From the NCBI GenBank assembly GCA_963840855.1, contig CAWJBB010000009.1, positions 1-27,953 on the forward strand: a DNA stretch of 27,953 nucleotides. The letters are read 5' to 3'. Position 1 is the stretch's first letter; the number at the start of each line of letters is the position of its first letter. Below, one piece after another: positions 1-8,206 of the stretch. This DNA comes from an uncultured delta proteobacterium. GTDB taxonomy: Bacteria; Desulfobacterota; Binatia; UBA9968. The position numbers and the translations under genes are program-made. The notes under the pieces were generated by a model. That model was not told where the DNA came from. It was given only the letters and a program-made list of their open reading frames with translations, and searched no databases.

Positions 1-123
1 GCTTCTGGGATGGCTATGCTACCGACTCAGACCGCTCGCGCTCTGGCTCTTGCTAACGCTGTCACTCGGAGTAAACGACCCCTCGGCGGTCTATCATAAT
101 CCAGCCGCCCTCGGCGGGGTGGA
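1..123 (+). pseudogene. Frameshifted, truncated N-terminal remnant of a FadL/OmpP1-family paralog
   Basis: Frame 1 reads ..PTQTARALALANAVT, then frame 2 reads GVNDPSAVYHNPAALGG. This matches QQTAKAAALSNAVTAGIDDPSAVYTNPAGL of the intact gene just downstream. Frameshift is near nt 66-68 and similarity is lost after about nt 120. Confidence 0.75.
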
Positions 124-208
124 AGCATTGAGCGTTTCCTTGATCAGACATTCGAATTATGGCAAAAATTTTCTTCTTTGGCATACAAACCAATTGCTGA
201 AGCAAAAA

Positions 209-1525
209 ATGACTACTCGGAACCGAGAACTCGTGTACCTCATATTTTTTATTATCTTTGCGTCAATAAATTCTAGTACCGTTTTTGCTGGAGGCTTTGC
301 GGTACCACAACAGACCGCAAAAGCAGCAGCGCTCTCCAATGCAGTGACGGCTGGCATTGACGATCCATCTGCCGTTTACACTAATCCAGCGGGGTTAGCT
401 TTTGTTAAAGGTAACCAAATCCTTGCGAACGGCATTTATATCAATGCAATTAGTAGCGTCAAAAATAGTGGCCAAACCGCGCGAAATTTACACGACGACT
501 TTTTTATCCCGACGTTTTTTGCAAACTACCACATACCCCAGACTGATTTAACATTAGGTATGGGTATGTATACGCCTTTTGGTTTGGGAACTAGCTATAA
601 AGAAGATGCAGTCACTAGATTTGCGTCAATCCGGTCTGAACTGAAGGATTTCTATATAAGTCCGACTGCGGCATGGCAGCCTCTTCCCTATCTTTCCGTG
701 GGTGGAGGCGTGAGCTTTATCCACTCCTCAGTATTGCTATCACGCGCTTTATTTTTGGGGGCCGTAGGTATTGGGGAAGGGCGTTTGAGAATCACTGATA
801 CTGACAACGCGTTTGGCTACCATCTCGGCGTTTTGGCCGGTCCATTCTCGAACATAAAATTCGGATTGACTTACAGAAGCCGCGTTGATTTGAATTTTGA
901 CAGCGCTGACGTCAAGTTCAGAGATGCCGCGTTTGCAGGCGGTACTGGCACTAAGGTTCGAGGCAAGGGCATTCATATTCCGATTCCGCCTGTTGTCAGC
1001 GCCGGAATTCACTGGCAAATCAACCCTCAGTGGGGGGTGGAATTCGTCTATGATTTCACTCGTTGGAGCGAGTTTGAGAACCTTAAGGTTCGCTTTAGTA
1101 CACCACTACCAGCACTTGGAGGACTGTTTCCGATCACTAGCTTTCAAGTTCCTCAAGACTGGAAAGATACGAGCACGCTCCGGTTCGGTACGACATTCAA
1201 ACTAAAGGACAGCTTGGAGTTGAGAGCAGGCCTAGCGCTGGATGAAAGTCCTGCACCAAAAAACACATTGTCTCCAGCCATTCCAACCGCCGATATTTTG
1301 GCTATTTCCGGCGGGCTCGGATATGATTGGGAAAGTTGGAAAGTTGAAGTCGGATACATGGCTCTATTTTACAAAACTCGACAGGTTAACAATAACGTGC
1401 TGGAGGGCAGCAACGTAATAGTCAACGGGGCTACTCCCGCCCCAGCATTTCCCGGCGCTCCCGGTCGTGACAATTATGAAATTTTTAACCACCTTGTATT
1501 TTTGAATTTCCGCTACAGATTCTGA
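209..1525 (+). CDS. FadL/OmpP1/TodX-family outer-membrane hydrophobic-substrate transport protein
   Basis: Signal-peptide-like N-terminus (MTTRNRELVYLIFFIIFASINSSTVFA), family motifs AxAxDPSAVYxNPAGL, PFGLGTSY and WKDT...RFG, and C-terminal barrel signature NFRYRF. ATG 209 is preferred over the TTG at 50, which lies in the remnant. Confidence 0.9.
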   Translation: MTTRNRELVYLIFFIIFASINSSTVFAGGFAVPQQTAKAAALSNAVTAGIDDPSAVYTNPAGLAFVKGNQILANGIYINAISSVKNSGQTARNLHDDFFIPTFFANYHIPQTDLTLGMGMYTPFGLGTSYKEDAVTRFASIRSELKDFYISPTAAWQPLPYLSVGGGVSFIHSSVLLSRALFLGAVGIGEGRLRITDTDNAFGYHLGVLAGPFSNIKFGLTYRSRVDLNFDSADVKFRDAAFAGGTGTKVRGKGIHIPIPPVVSAGIHWQINPQWGVEFVYDFTRWSEFENLKVRFSTPLPALGGLFPITSFQVPQDWKDTSTLRFGTTFKLKDSLELRAGLALDESPAPKNTLSPAIPTADILAISGGLGYDWESWKVEVGYMALFYKTRQVNNNVLEGSNVIVNGATPAPAFPGAPGRDNYEIFNHLVFLNFRYRF

Positions 1526-1578
1526 CCCATTAGACATGACATACTCGTTCTATCGTAATTGACTAGGTTCGGGTTTCA

Positions 1579-2436
1579 GTGCTCACCATGCATGCATTAA
1601 GCGGGCGAACAGCAATTCTTACCGGCGCTTCAGGTGGAATAGGGTCTTATATTGCTCAAGCATTGTCCCGGCAGAAAATGAATTTAGTACTTGCAGGCCT
1701 AGCTGCCTCTTCACTCGACGAACTCGCTAAAAATATTTTGAAGACAACCAATGCAATTACGGTCGTTATGGACGTCACGAAACGCGACGATTTAGAGCGG
1801 CTCGTCACCCAAACGATCGAGAAATATGGCGGCCTGGATTTGTTGGTTAACAACGTTGGGATAGAAATGATTTCGAGGTATCACACTCTTGCACCAGACG
1901 ATATTGAACGTAGCATAAATGTGAATCTCACTAGTGCCATGGTTTTGACGCGTTTAGTTCTCCCAGAAATGCTTAGCCGTAAACGAGGACACATTGTTAA
2001 TATATCCTCTCTATCGGCGAAAGCTGGTCCACCTTGCGCTGAACCATACGCAGCCACTAAGGCTGCGCTTATTGCATTCACAGAGTCCTTCCGCGCGGAA
2101 TATCAAGGGACCGGTGTAAGTGCCTCTGTAATCTGCCCCGGTTTCGTCACTGCCGGCATTTATAAACGTATAGTTGAGGAGACCGGGTTTTGCGCCCCGA
2201 GACTGCTGGGCACCTCGTCGGGAGAAGTTGTTGCACGAGCCGTCGTGCGGGCCGTAAAAGAAGATATTCCGGAAATCATCATTAACCCCGGCCCACAAAG
2301 ACTACTAACAGCCCTAGCAGAATTGTCACCGTCGTTTGCGGAATGGCTCATGAATCGTATTGGTGTAGTAGACTGGTTTATGAAAGTGGCGAAATTCCGC
2401 GAGGATAAGCAGACCAACCATACTCGTTCGAATTAG
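1579..2436 (+). CDS. Short-chain dehydrogenase/reductase (classical SDR)
   Basis: TGASGGIG cofactor motif, NNVG, NISS, catalytic YAATK and ICPGFV. Start may be ATG 1588. Confidence 0.93.
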   Translation: MLTMHALSGRTAILTGASGGIGSYIAQALSRQKMNLVLAGLAASSLDELAKNILKTTNAITVVMDVTKRDDLERLVTQTIEKYGGLDLLVNNVGIEMISRYHTLAPDDIERSINVNLTSAMVLTRLVLPEMLSRKRGHIVNISSLSAKAGPPCAEPYAATKAALIAFTESFRAEYQGTGVSASVICPGFVTAGIYKRIVEETGFCAPRLLGTSSGEVVARAVVRAVKEDIPEIIINPGPQRLLTALAELSPSFAEWLMNRIGVVDWFMKVAKFREDKQTNHTRSN

Positions 2437-2637
2437 ATTGTTTCTTCACAGCCATCGAAATTTTCCTCAGAATTGCACGACAATCATCAGAAATATCCCT
2501 TCTCTGCCAAAAATGCCTTCTTACCTGAGGAACTCGACATTGCGTTCCAAGTAATCAAAAGCCAATGCACCGGCTTGGCATCACGGAAAATGGCAATATC
2601 AATTCACAGCTAGTTATTATTCCTCGCGTTGTTTACT

Positions 2638-2713
2638 CAACCGCACGTCCCCGGCGTTGTCTTCGATATGGAGGACGCGAGATACGATCTTCGAATCCGC
2701 TACGAGCTGACAT
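2638..2713 (-). pseudogene. Truncated response-regulator receiver-domain remnant
   Basis: Minus strand 2679-2638 reads RVLHIEDNAGDVRL, a typical receiver N-terminus (ILLVEDNPGDVRL-like). The ATG at 2713 overlaps the kinase end but is out of frame with this stretch, and stops follow a few codons later. Confidence 0.65.
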
Positions 2714-4580
2714 TCTCTGGCCCTCCGTCTTGTTTAATCGGGAGTGTAAAGTAGAAGGTCGAGCCTTTTCCCAGCACCGATTCGACCCATATTTTCCCTC
2801 GATGGCGTTCGACGATTTTCTTGCAGATGGCAAGCCCGATGCCGGTGCCAGGATACTCTTGCCTGGTGTGGAGCCGCTGAAAGATCACAAAGATGCGCTC
2901 GGTATATTCCGGATCGATGCCGATGCCGTTATCCATCACCGCGAATCGCCACATTTCCCCATACCGCTGGCACCCCACATGAATCTCTGGCGGCCTTTCG
3001 GCGCGGTACTTGATCGCGTTGCCGATCAGATTTTGCAATAGCTGCCCTAACTGGAACTCATCGCCAGGCACGGTCGGCAACTGATCCTGCGTCACCTGCG
3101 CGCCGCTCTCATCGATGGCGGTTTTTAAATTCAAAAGCGTGCGCGCCAGAACCCCGTTGCAGTCGGTAGCGGTAAATTCCTTCCCTCTCGTGCCCACTCG
3201 CGAATAGGCTAGCAAATCGTCGATTAATCCTTGCATCCGTTTCGCCCCATCCACCGCAAAGCCGATAAACTCGTCGGCATCGCTGTCGAGCTTGCCGCCA
3301 TACTGCGTCTGAAGCAGTCGCACATACGCCGTGACCATGCGCAATGGCTCCTGGACATCGTGGGACACAACCGAGGCGAATTGGTCCAGCTCGACGTTAG
3401 AACGGAGCAGATCTTCCGTCCGCTTCGACAGGGCATCGTGCGCCCTTTTCAGCTCTTCTTTGGAAACGGTGGTTGCCTCCAGTTGTGCAACCATTTGGTT
3501 AAACCGTTGCGCAAGCAGCCCTATCTCGTCTTGGCCGCTCCCGCCAACGCGATACCCCAGATTGCCTCCGGCGACCATCTCTGTACCCGTTCGAAGTTCC
3601 GCAATGGAAACACTGATATGGCGCACGATCCACCAGCCCGCGCCGATGGACACAAGCAAAAAGATCGGGATCAGTAAATAGGCCAGCGTCACGGTCTTGG
3701 CGGAACGTCCTTCAGCTTCGCCGATCAACCGCACCATTTGTGATTGCGCCAAGACACGAAGGCTTTCGTCGAGCACCTCGTCCAATTGCGCCCGGTATTG
3801 GCCAAACCGTTCGACCTCGGCGCGCATTCGCTTATCCAACTCAATTCTCTTGAGCGCCAGAGAGCGCAGCCCGCTGATTCTTCGCCCCAGATTTTCGCCC
3901 CAACGGCGTTCTTCCTGGGAAACGGCGGACCGCAGAAAAAATCCAACGCGCCGCGCGGATTCCCTGAACTCCCGGTGGATCCGCTCCTCGTTATCGGTGC
4001 TCGGTATTTCCAGGTAGGTGCCCAGCCAGTTGCCGACCTCGGCTAGGTCGGCGGCAAATCGTGCCGCCAACAACAGCCGCCGAAAACCTTTTTGCTCCTT
4101 GTCCTCAGTGCCCGCCTGAATTTTTTCTTCGATGGAATCATCGATCGACTGAAATTCGGCGGTGAATGTGCGTGCCAGCGCGTCCGCTTCGTCTTTCCGC
4201 CGCATCAAGCCTTTGCCCAAGGAGATAAATTGCCCATAAAGCGCCGCGATCTTGTCGGCCAGCTGTTTTTCTAGTTGCGTCACCGCGAACGCATCGTACT
4301 GCGTCTTGAATCTCGAAAACTCGCTTGCATCCTTTTCCACCCGCTGGCGGTGTTCCGGCAGCGGCGTTTGCATATACTTCATTACGCCCAGACCGGTGCC
4401 GATGACATTAATCTCCAACTCGTAAGCGGCGGCGCTGACGGGATGGCCCCTTTCACCTATCAGGCGTAAAGCCGTAGCCGTGCTCTCCGCGCTACGGTAA
4501 AAGACCGTCATCGCCGCCAGCCCGCTGCCGATGATCAAGGTAAGTCCCAAGCCAATTTTTTTGCCGATGGACCAGGTCAC
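2700..4580 (-). CDS. Membrane sensor histidine kinase (2 TM, helical periplasmic domain, HAMP, HisKA, HATPase_c)
   Basis: TM segments KIGLGLTLIIGSGLAAMTVFY and LAYLLIPIFLLVSIGAGWWIV, HAMP ...QDEIGLLAQRFNQM, H-box SHDVQEPLRMV, N-box NLIGNAIKY, G1 DNGIGI, F-box IFVIFQRLH, G2 GTGIGLAICKKIV. Start uncertain: the ORF is open to 4736; GTG 4580 was chosen because it follows AGGGA and sits just before TM1. Confidence 0.9.
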   Translation of the reverse strand: MTWSIGKKIGLGLTLIIGSGLAAMTVFYRSAESTATALRLIGERGHPVSAAAYELEINVIGTGLGVMKYMQTPLPEHRQRVEKDASEFSRFKTQYDAFAVTQLEKQLADKIAALYGQFISLGKGLMRRKDEADALARTFTAEFQSIDDSIEEKIQAGTEDKEQKGFRRLLLAARFAADLAEVGNWLGTYLEIPSTDNEERIHREFRESARRVGFFLRSAVSQEERRWGENLGRRISGLRSLALKRIELDKRMRAEVERFGQYRAQLDEVLDESLRVLAQSQMVRLIGEAEGRSAKTVTLAYLLIPIFLLVSIGAGWWIVRHISVSIAELRTGTEMVAGGNLGYRVGGSGQDEIGLLAQRFNQMVAQLEATTVSKEELKRAHDALSKRTEDLLRSNVELDQFASVVSHDVQEPLRMVTAYVRLLQTQYGGKLDSDADEFIGFAVDGAKRMQGLIDDLLAYSRVGTRGKEFTATDCNGVLARTLLNLKTAIDESGAQVTQDQLPTVPGDEFQLGQLLQNLIGNAIKYRAERPPEIHVGCQRYGEMWRFAVMDNGIGIDPEYTERIFVIFQRLHTRQEYPGTGIGLAICKKIVERHRGKIWVESVLGKGSTFYFTLPIKQDGGPENVSS

Positions 4581-4918
4581 GCCATTATCCCTGGAGGGAC
4601 GCGATGCCCAGCTCAGCCCGGCGCGAACCAACCACGGCCGTATCAATTCCCGTAACCCGGCGCCGACGGAACGAACCGGATCGAACCGATGTATCAATTG
4701 TGCGAACGTCGGCAACATTGCTAAATCTTTGCACATGACGTGCTGGGCCGCAATGAAACGCCACGGCGGAGCGGGGGAGTGCGTGTATGTAATGGGTCTT
4801 TTGTGATAAGTGAGCGGCTGGCGCTTTTATCATTGACGCGTGCGACGGCAAATTGATAAGTTGATTCCATCTCGAACGCGACGGGCGGGCCGGCGCCGCG
4901 CGCCCAGGGAGGACAAAC

Positions 4919-6037
4919 ATGGTTATCGGACTTTCCCACGGCGGAACCAATGTTTATTCGTCGCCGCAGTACTCACGGCAACTCTGGGTTGGCACTCAGG
5001 ACGGCTTGGTCCTGTTTGAACGGGCGGACAACGGAGAGTGGCGCGAGGGCCAACGGGCACTGCGCGGCCAGCATATCAGCTCGATTATCTTCGAGCGGAC
5101 AACCGAAACGATGTTTGCCGGGGCGTTTTTCGGCTCCGTCCACGCCAGCTCAGACGGCGGCAAAAGCTGGGAGCGGCGCGATAATGGTATCCCGGTCCAC
5201 GACGTCTACAGCCTCGCCTGCCACCTAGTCGATGGCACGGTGCGGGTTTATGCAGGGACGCAACCCGCACATTTATTCGTCAGCGAAGACCTGGGACAAC
5301 ACTGGTCCGAGCTTCCGTCGCTGCGAGAAGTACCGACCAGTTCGCAGTGGTCTTTCCCGGCCCCGCCGCATATTGCCCATACCAAGTTTATTACCTTCGA
5401 TCCACAGGATTCGCACACGATCTACGCTTGCGTCGAGCAGGGCGCGTTTCTGAAAAGCACCGATTTGGGCAAGAGCTGGCATGAGCTTAACACGGTCGGC
5501 CTATACAAGGACAAAAACCGGCCTGTGGAACACTTCTATGACGTGCACCGCGCGCTCATCGATCCGTGCGATCCGCAACGGATTTACGTCACCGGCGGCG
5601 CCGGCCTCTACGTTACTTACACCGGCGGCAGCAGCTGGGAACGCTGGACTAGCCCTGAATGGGCGCCGGATGTCTATCCCGATGGTTTTGTCTGGAATCC
5701 GAAGAATCCAAATACCATGTTCGTCGCGGCTGCCGAGCATAACCCGGTAACTTGGCGCAAGGCCGGCCCGCTCGCCCATGCCGGAGGGAAGATCTACCGC
5801 AGCAATGACGGCGGAAAGAACTGGCAGAAGCTCGGCGGCGGCCTGCCAGATAGTTTGAAACATGAGTTCGGCGCGCTCTGCCTCGAGGAATCGGCTGGAG
5901 TCTGCTCGATCTTCGGCGGCACCACGGGTGGCGAATTGTTTTGCAGCGAAGACAGCGGCGAGTCATGGAAACTGATCACCTCAGACCTAGCGCCGATTTC
6001 GAAAAAGGGCCATGAGCGGCTGTTAGCGGCGAGTTGA
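4919..6037 (+). CDS. WD40/YVTN/BNR (Asp-box) repeat beta-propeller protein, probably cytoplasmic
   Basis: RBS GGAGG. Six SxDxGxxW-type repeats (SSDGGKSW, SEDLGQHW, STDLGKSW, TYTGGSSW, SNDGGKNW, SEDSGESW). No signal peptide. Confidence 0.85.
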   Translation: MVIGLSHGGTNVYSSPQYSRQLWVGTQDGLVLFERADNGEWREGQRALRGQHISSIIFERTTETMFAGAFFGSVHASSDGGKSWERRDNGIPVHDVYSLACHLVDGTVRVYAGTQPAHLFVSEDLGQHWSELPSLREVPTSSQWSFPAPPHIAHTKFITFDPQDSHTIYACVEQGAFLKSTDLGKSWHELNTVGLYKDKNRPVEHFYDVHRALIDPCDPQRIYVTGGAGLYVTYTGGSSWERWTSPEWAPDVYPDGFVWNPKNPNTMFVAAAEHNPVTWRKAGPLAHAGGKIYRSNDGGKNWQKLGGGLPDSLKHEFGALCLEESAGVCSIFGGTTGGELFCSEDSGESWKLITSDLAPISKKGHERLLAAS

Positions 6038-6073
6038 CGAGTTTTCTTCGTCGCAGATTGCCCCAATCGATCA

Positions 6074-6823
6074 ATGAGCGATTCAGCGGAAAATCCCGGC
6101 AAACAAATCGCCGCAGAACTCCGCAAACAAAGTGAAAACGACGCTGCCGTGACGCCCATGGACGCCGTGGCGGCGGCGGCCCGCGCAGGCAAGTTATCCG
6201 ATGACCAATGCTTCCGGCTGCTCGCTCGCCTTTGGACCCTCAAGCGCATGATGTACTACGTTTACGGCGGCTGGGCACAGGGAATTAGCTTGAACGAATA
6301 TCCGCCCACCGTGGCGTATTTGTTCGGCAGGCAGACTTACGACGAGTCGACCCACGAGATGCAGTTCTGTGACGAAATCCTCAAACGCCACTGGGTACGC
6401 ACGCAGCGCCAGCTGTTCGATCACGCTTACGGGCGATTCGACCTGGCAACGCGCACCGGCGCTTATGTCTTCTGCCTGCGCGCTTTGGCCAACTATCCGC
6501 AAAACGTTCGCATCGCCGCCCTTAACTTGGGGCCAAAGGTTATCGAGCTGGCATGGACGGAACGCTTCGCCAATTCTCTGCGCGACGAACCTCTAAGCGC
6601 GCTCTTCTTGAGCCAACTGCCGGAAACCCGCAGCCATATGCTCATGGGTAAGTTACAGGCGGAGCGTTTTTTACAAAAGGAAGTCGATAAAGAGCTGGCG
6701 AAGCGCCTTTCAGCTGAGACCCGGCGCGATTATCTGTTTTTCCTCGAAGAGACCGCGCGCTTCGTTTTGGGACTGGAAGAAGAAAAGGCGGGCGAAGTAA
6801 CGGTGTCCGCCGATATCGATTGA
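6074..6823 (+). CDS. Ferritin-like fold protein with degenerate diiron ligands
   Basis: Helical protein. RQTYDESTH and SQLPETRSH align with RQIWDEVKH and SQEAEELMH of the 7210-7950 paralog. Confidence 0.7.
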   Translation: MSDSAENPGKQIAAELRKQSENDAAVTPMDAVAAAARAGKLSDDQCFRLLARLWTLKRMMYYVYGGWAQGISLNEYPPTVAYLFGRQTYDESTHEMQFCDEILKRHWVRTQRQLFDHAYGRFDLATRTGAYVFCLRALANYPQNVRIAALNLGPKVIELAWTERFANSLRDEPLSALFLSQLPETRSHMLMGKLQAERFLQKEVDKELAKRLSAETRRDYLFFLEETARFVLGLEEEKAGEVTVSADID

Positions 6824-6840
6824 AACGATCGAGGTCCGTT

Positions 6841-6874
6841 TTAAACGACTTGAACCGCTTGAACGATTTGAACC
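6841..6874 (+). repeat. TTGAAC-core 9-nt-period tandem repeat (copy 1)
   Basis: ttaaacgac ttgaaccgc ttgaacgat ttgaacc, directly before the RBS of the first ferredoxin. Confidence 0.85.
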
Positions 6875-6884
6875 AAAGGAATCT

Positions 6885-7157
6885 ATGCCCGGTATAAAAA
6901 TTGATCATGCTAAATGCACCGACTGCCGCATGTGCTACGTCGTGTGCCGCGAGCTAAATTTTAACGCCGTCGCTGTCTCGCCTACGGCGCGGCACCTGTT
7001 GGAAATCGACGAGCGCTGCATTTATCCAAAGTGCACGGTCTGTCTTATGTATTGCCCGGCAGAAGGATCCATCGTCGAAACCGACACGGGACGATCACTG
7101 GTTCCTCCACCACTAGAAGTCTGGACGGAAAATCAACGCTGGCCCCGGATACCTTGA
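6885..7157 (+). CDS. 2[4Fe-4S] dicluster ferredoxin
   Basis: CTDCRMCYVVC and CIYPKCTVCLMYCP motifs; RBS AAGGA. Confidence 0.88.
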   Translation: MPGIKIDHAKCTDCRMCYVVCRELNFNAVAVSPTARHLLEIDERCIYPKCTVCLMYCPAEGSIVETDTGRSLVPPPLEVWTENQRWPRIP

Positions 7158-7200
7158 ACGTTGAAGCTTCGAACTTTGAACGGCTTGAACGATTTGAACG
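7154..7200 (+). repeat. TTGAAC-core tandem repeat (copy 2)
   Basis: ttgaacg ttgaagct tcgaact ttgaacggc ttgaacgat ttgaacg. Shares the exact 17-mer gcttgaacgatttgaac with copy 1. Confidence 0.85.
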
Positions 7201-7209
7201 GAGTTTTTC

Positions 7210-7950
7210 ATGCAACCCATTCTTAAGGATTTTTTGGGAAAATGGGTCTATCCCACTGGTTTCACGGGCCCTGGCGTTGAATTCCGCCTGCGCCAGACCG
7301 AGCGCTGCCTGCCGCTGTGGGACAAGCTGGTAGCGCAGGCGATTCAATTCGCGGAAAAGGATCTCAAATCTGGAAGTGACGAATACAAGGCTGTTCGCGC
7401 CCGGTCTGGTTACGCCGCCGAAGGCCCCTTCATGTCACTCAAGCAGATGTCGACGCAGATTCTTTCCGTCGAGATAGGAGAGCAACCCGCGTATATCGAC
7501 CTCCAGCGCATGCGCGCGCGGCAAATATGGGACGAGGTGAAACACGGCCAGCTCCATGCCGACGTACTTCTGCGCGGCGGCTTCATCAAGCGCGAAGAAG
7601 AACTCATGAACGACCCGCGTGCGAACACGCAGCCTAAACTCTCGTATTTCGGCATGACCGCGATGTTTCCCCACATCCACCCGCTGGCCCGCGCCGGGCA
7701 GCATTACTACAACGAGTCGATGGCCTGCCTCGGCATCGCTGCGACCTTGAGCGTCATTGGCGACGACCTGGTTCGCCACCAACTGCGCAGCCAGGAAGCC
7801 GAAGAACTGATGCACTTCATGGAAGGCAAGTACCAAATTGACGCCTACGCGCTGACACCCAAGGACCAAAAACCCATCGAAGAAGTTTTTGATTTTCTCC
7901 TAAGACCCTGGGCGCCGGAGCCGGGCAGGGCCTTGGGCGGATCGCAATAG
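7210..7950 (+). CDS. Ferritin-like diiron-carboxylate protein (putative oxygenase catalytic subunit)
   Basis: Complete E...ExxH...E...ExxH pattern: E71, E109/H112 (DEVKH), E169, E199/H202 (EELMH). RBS GGAG. Confidence 0.78.
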   Translation: MQPILKDFLGKWVYPTGFTGPGVEFRLRQTERCLPLWDKLVAQAIQFAEKDLKSGSDEYKAVRARSGYAAEGPFMSLKQMSTQILSVEIGEQPAYIDLQRMRARQIWDEVKHGQLHADVLLRGGFIKREEELMNDPRANTQPKLSYFGMTAMFPHIHPLARAGQHYYNESMACLGIAATLSVIGDDLVRHQLRSQEAEELMHFMEGKYQIDAYALTPKDQKPIEEVFDFLLRPWAPEPGRALGGSQ

Positions 7951-7953
7951 ACG

Positions 7954-8145
7954 ATGAAAGTCCGAATCGTCGAAAGTCTCTGCATCGCCTGCGGTCTTTG
8001 CCGTGAGGTTTGCCCCGAGCATGCGGTCCATCCGAAGATGCAGGATATTCATCATATGTACGAAGTTCTCGCGCACGAATGCACCGGTTGCGGCGATTGT
8101 TTGCCCTACTGCCCGGCGCCGGGGGCGTTGCAGGAGTATTCTTAA
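7954..8145 (+). CDS. 2[4Fe-4S] dicluster ferredoxin
   Basis: CIACGLCREVCP and CTGCGDCLPYCP; starts 3 nt after the previous stop. Confidence 0.92.
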   Translation: MKVRIVESLCIACGLCREVCPEHAVHPKMQDIHHMYEVLAHECTGCGDCLPYCPAPGALQEYS

Positions 8146-8206
8146 AGATTTTGACTTACCTCGATCTTCTCCCGGTCTTAAGGAATCAGTTCAAGAGGTG
8201 TCTATT

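Noticed and set aside
50-208. N-terminal extension of the 491-aa FadL ORF
   Set aside because: It derives from the upstream remnant and places the signal peptide internally; ATG 209 is the better start.
1540-2429. 11-bp direct repeat catactcgttc (1540-1550 and 2419-2429) flanking the SDR
   Set aside because: The second copy lies inside the coding end and there are no mobile-element ends; could be chance.
2565-3041. 158-aa plus-strand ORF
   Set aside because: Antisense shadow of the kinase HATPase domain.
4827-4862. Possible sigma-70 promoter TTGACG-N18-TAAGTT with TTATCA/TGATAA inverted arms upstream of the operon
   Set aside because: Plausible, but the -10 is weak and the arms are short; not supportable without TSS data.
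6841-7200. TTGAAC repeats as a CRISPR array
   Set aside because: Units are 7-9 nt with no unique spacers, and no cas genes are present.
8003-8206. N-terminal extension of the isochorismatase ORF
   Set aside because: Overlaps the ferredoxin gene in another frame; a strong RBS precedes ATG 8207.
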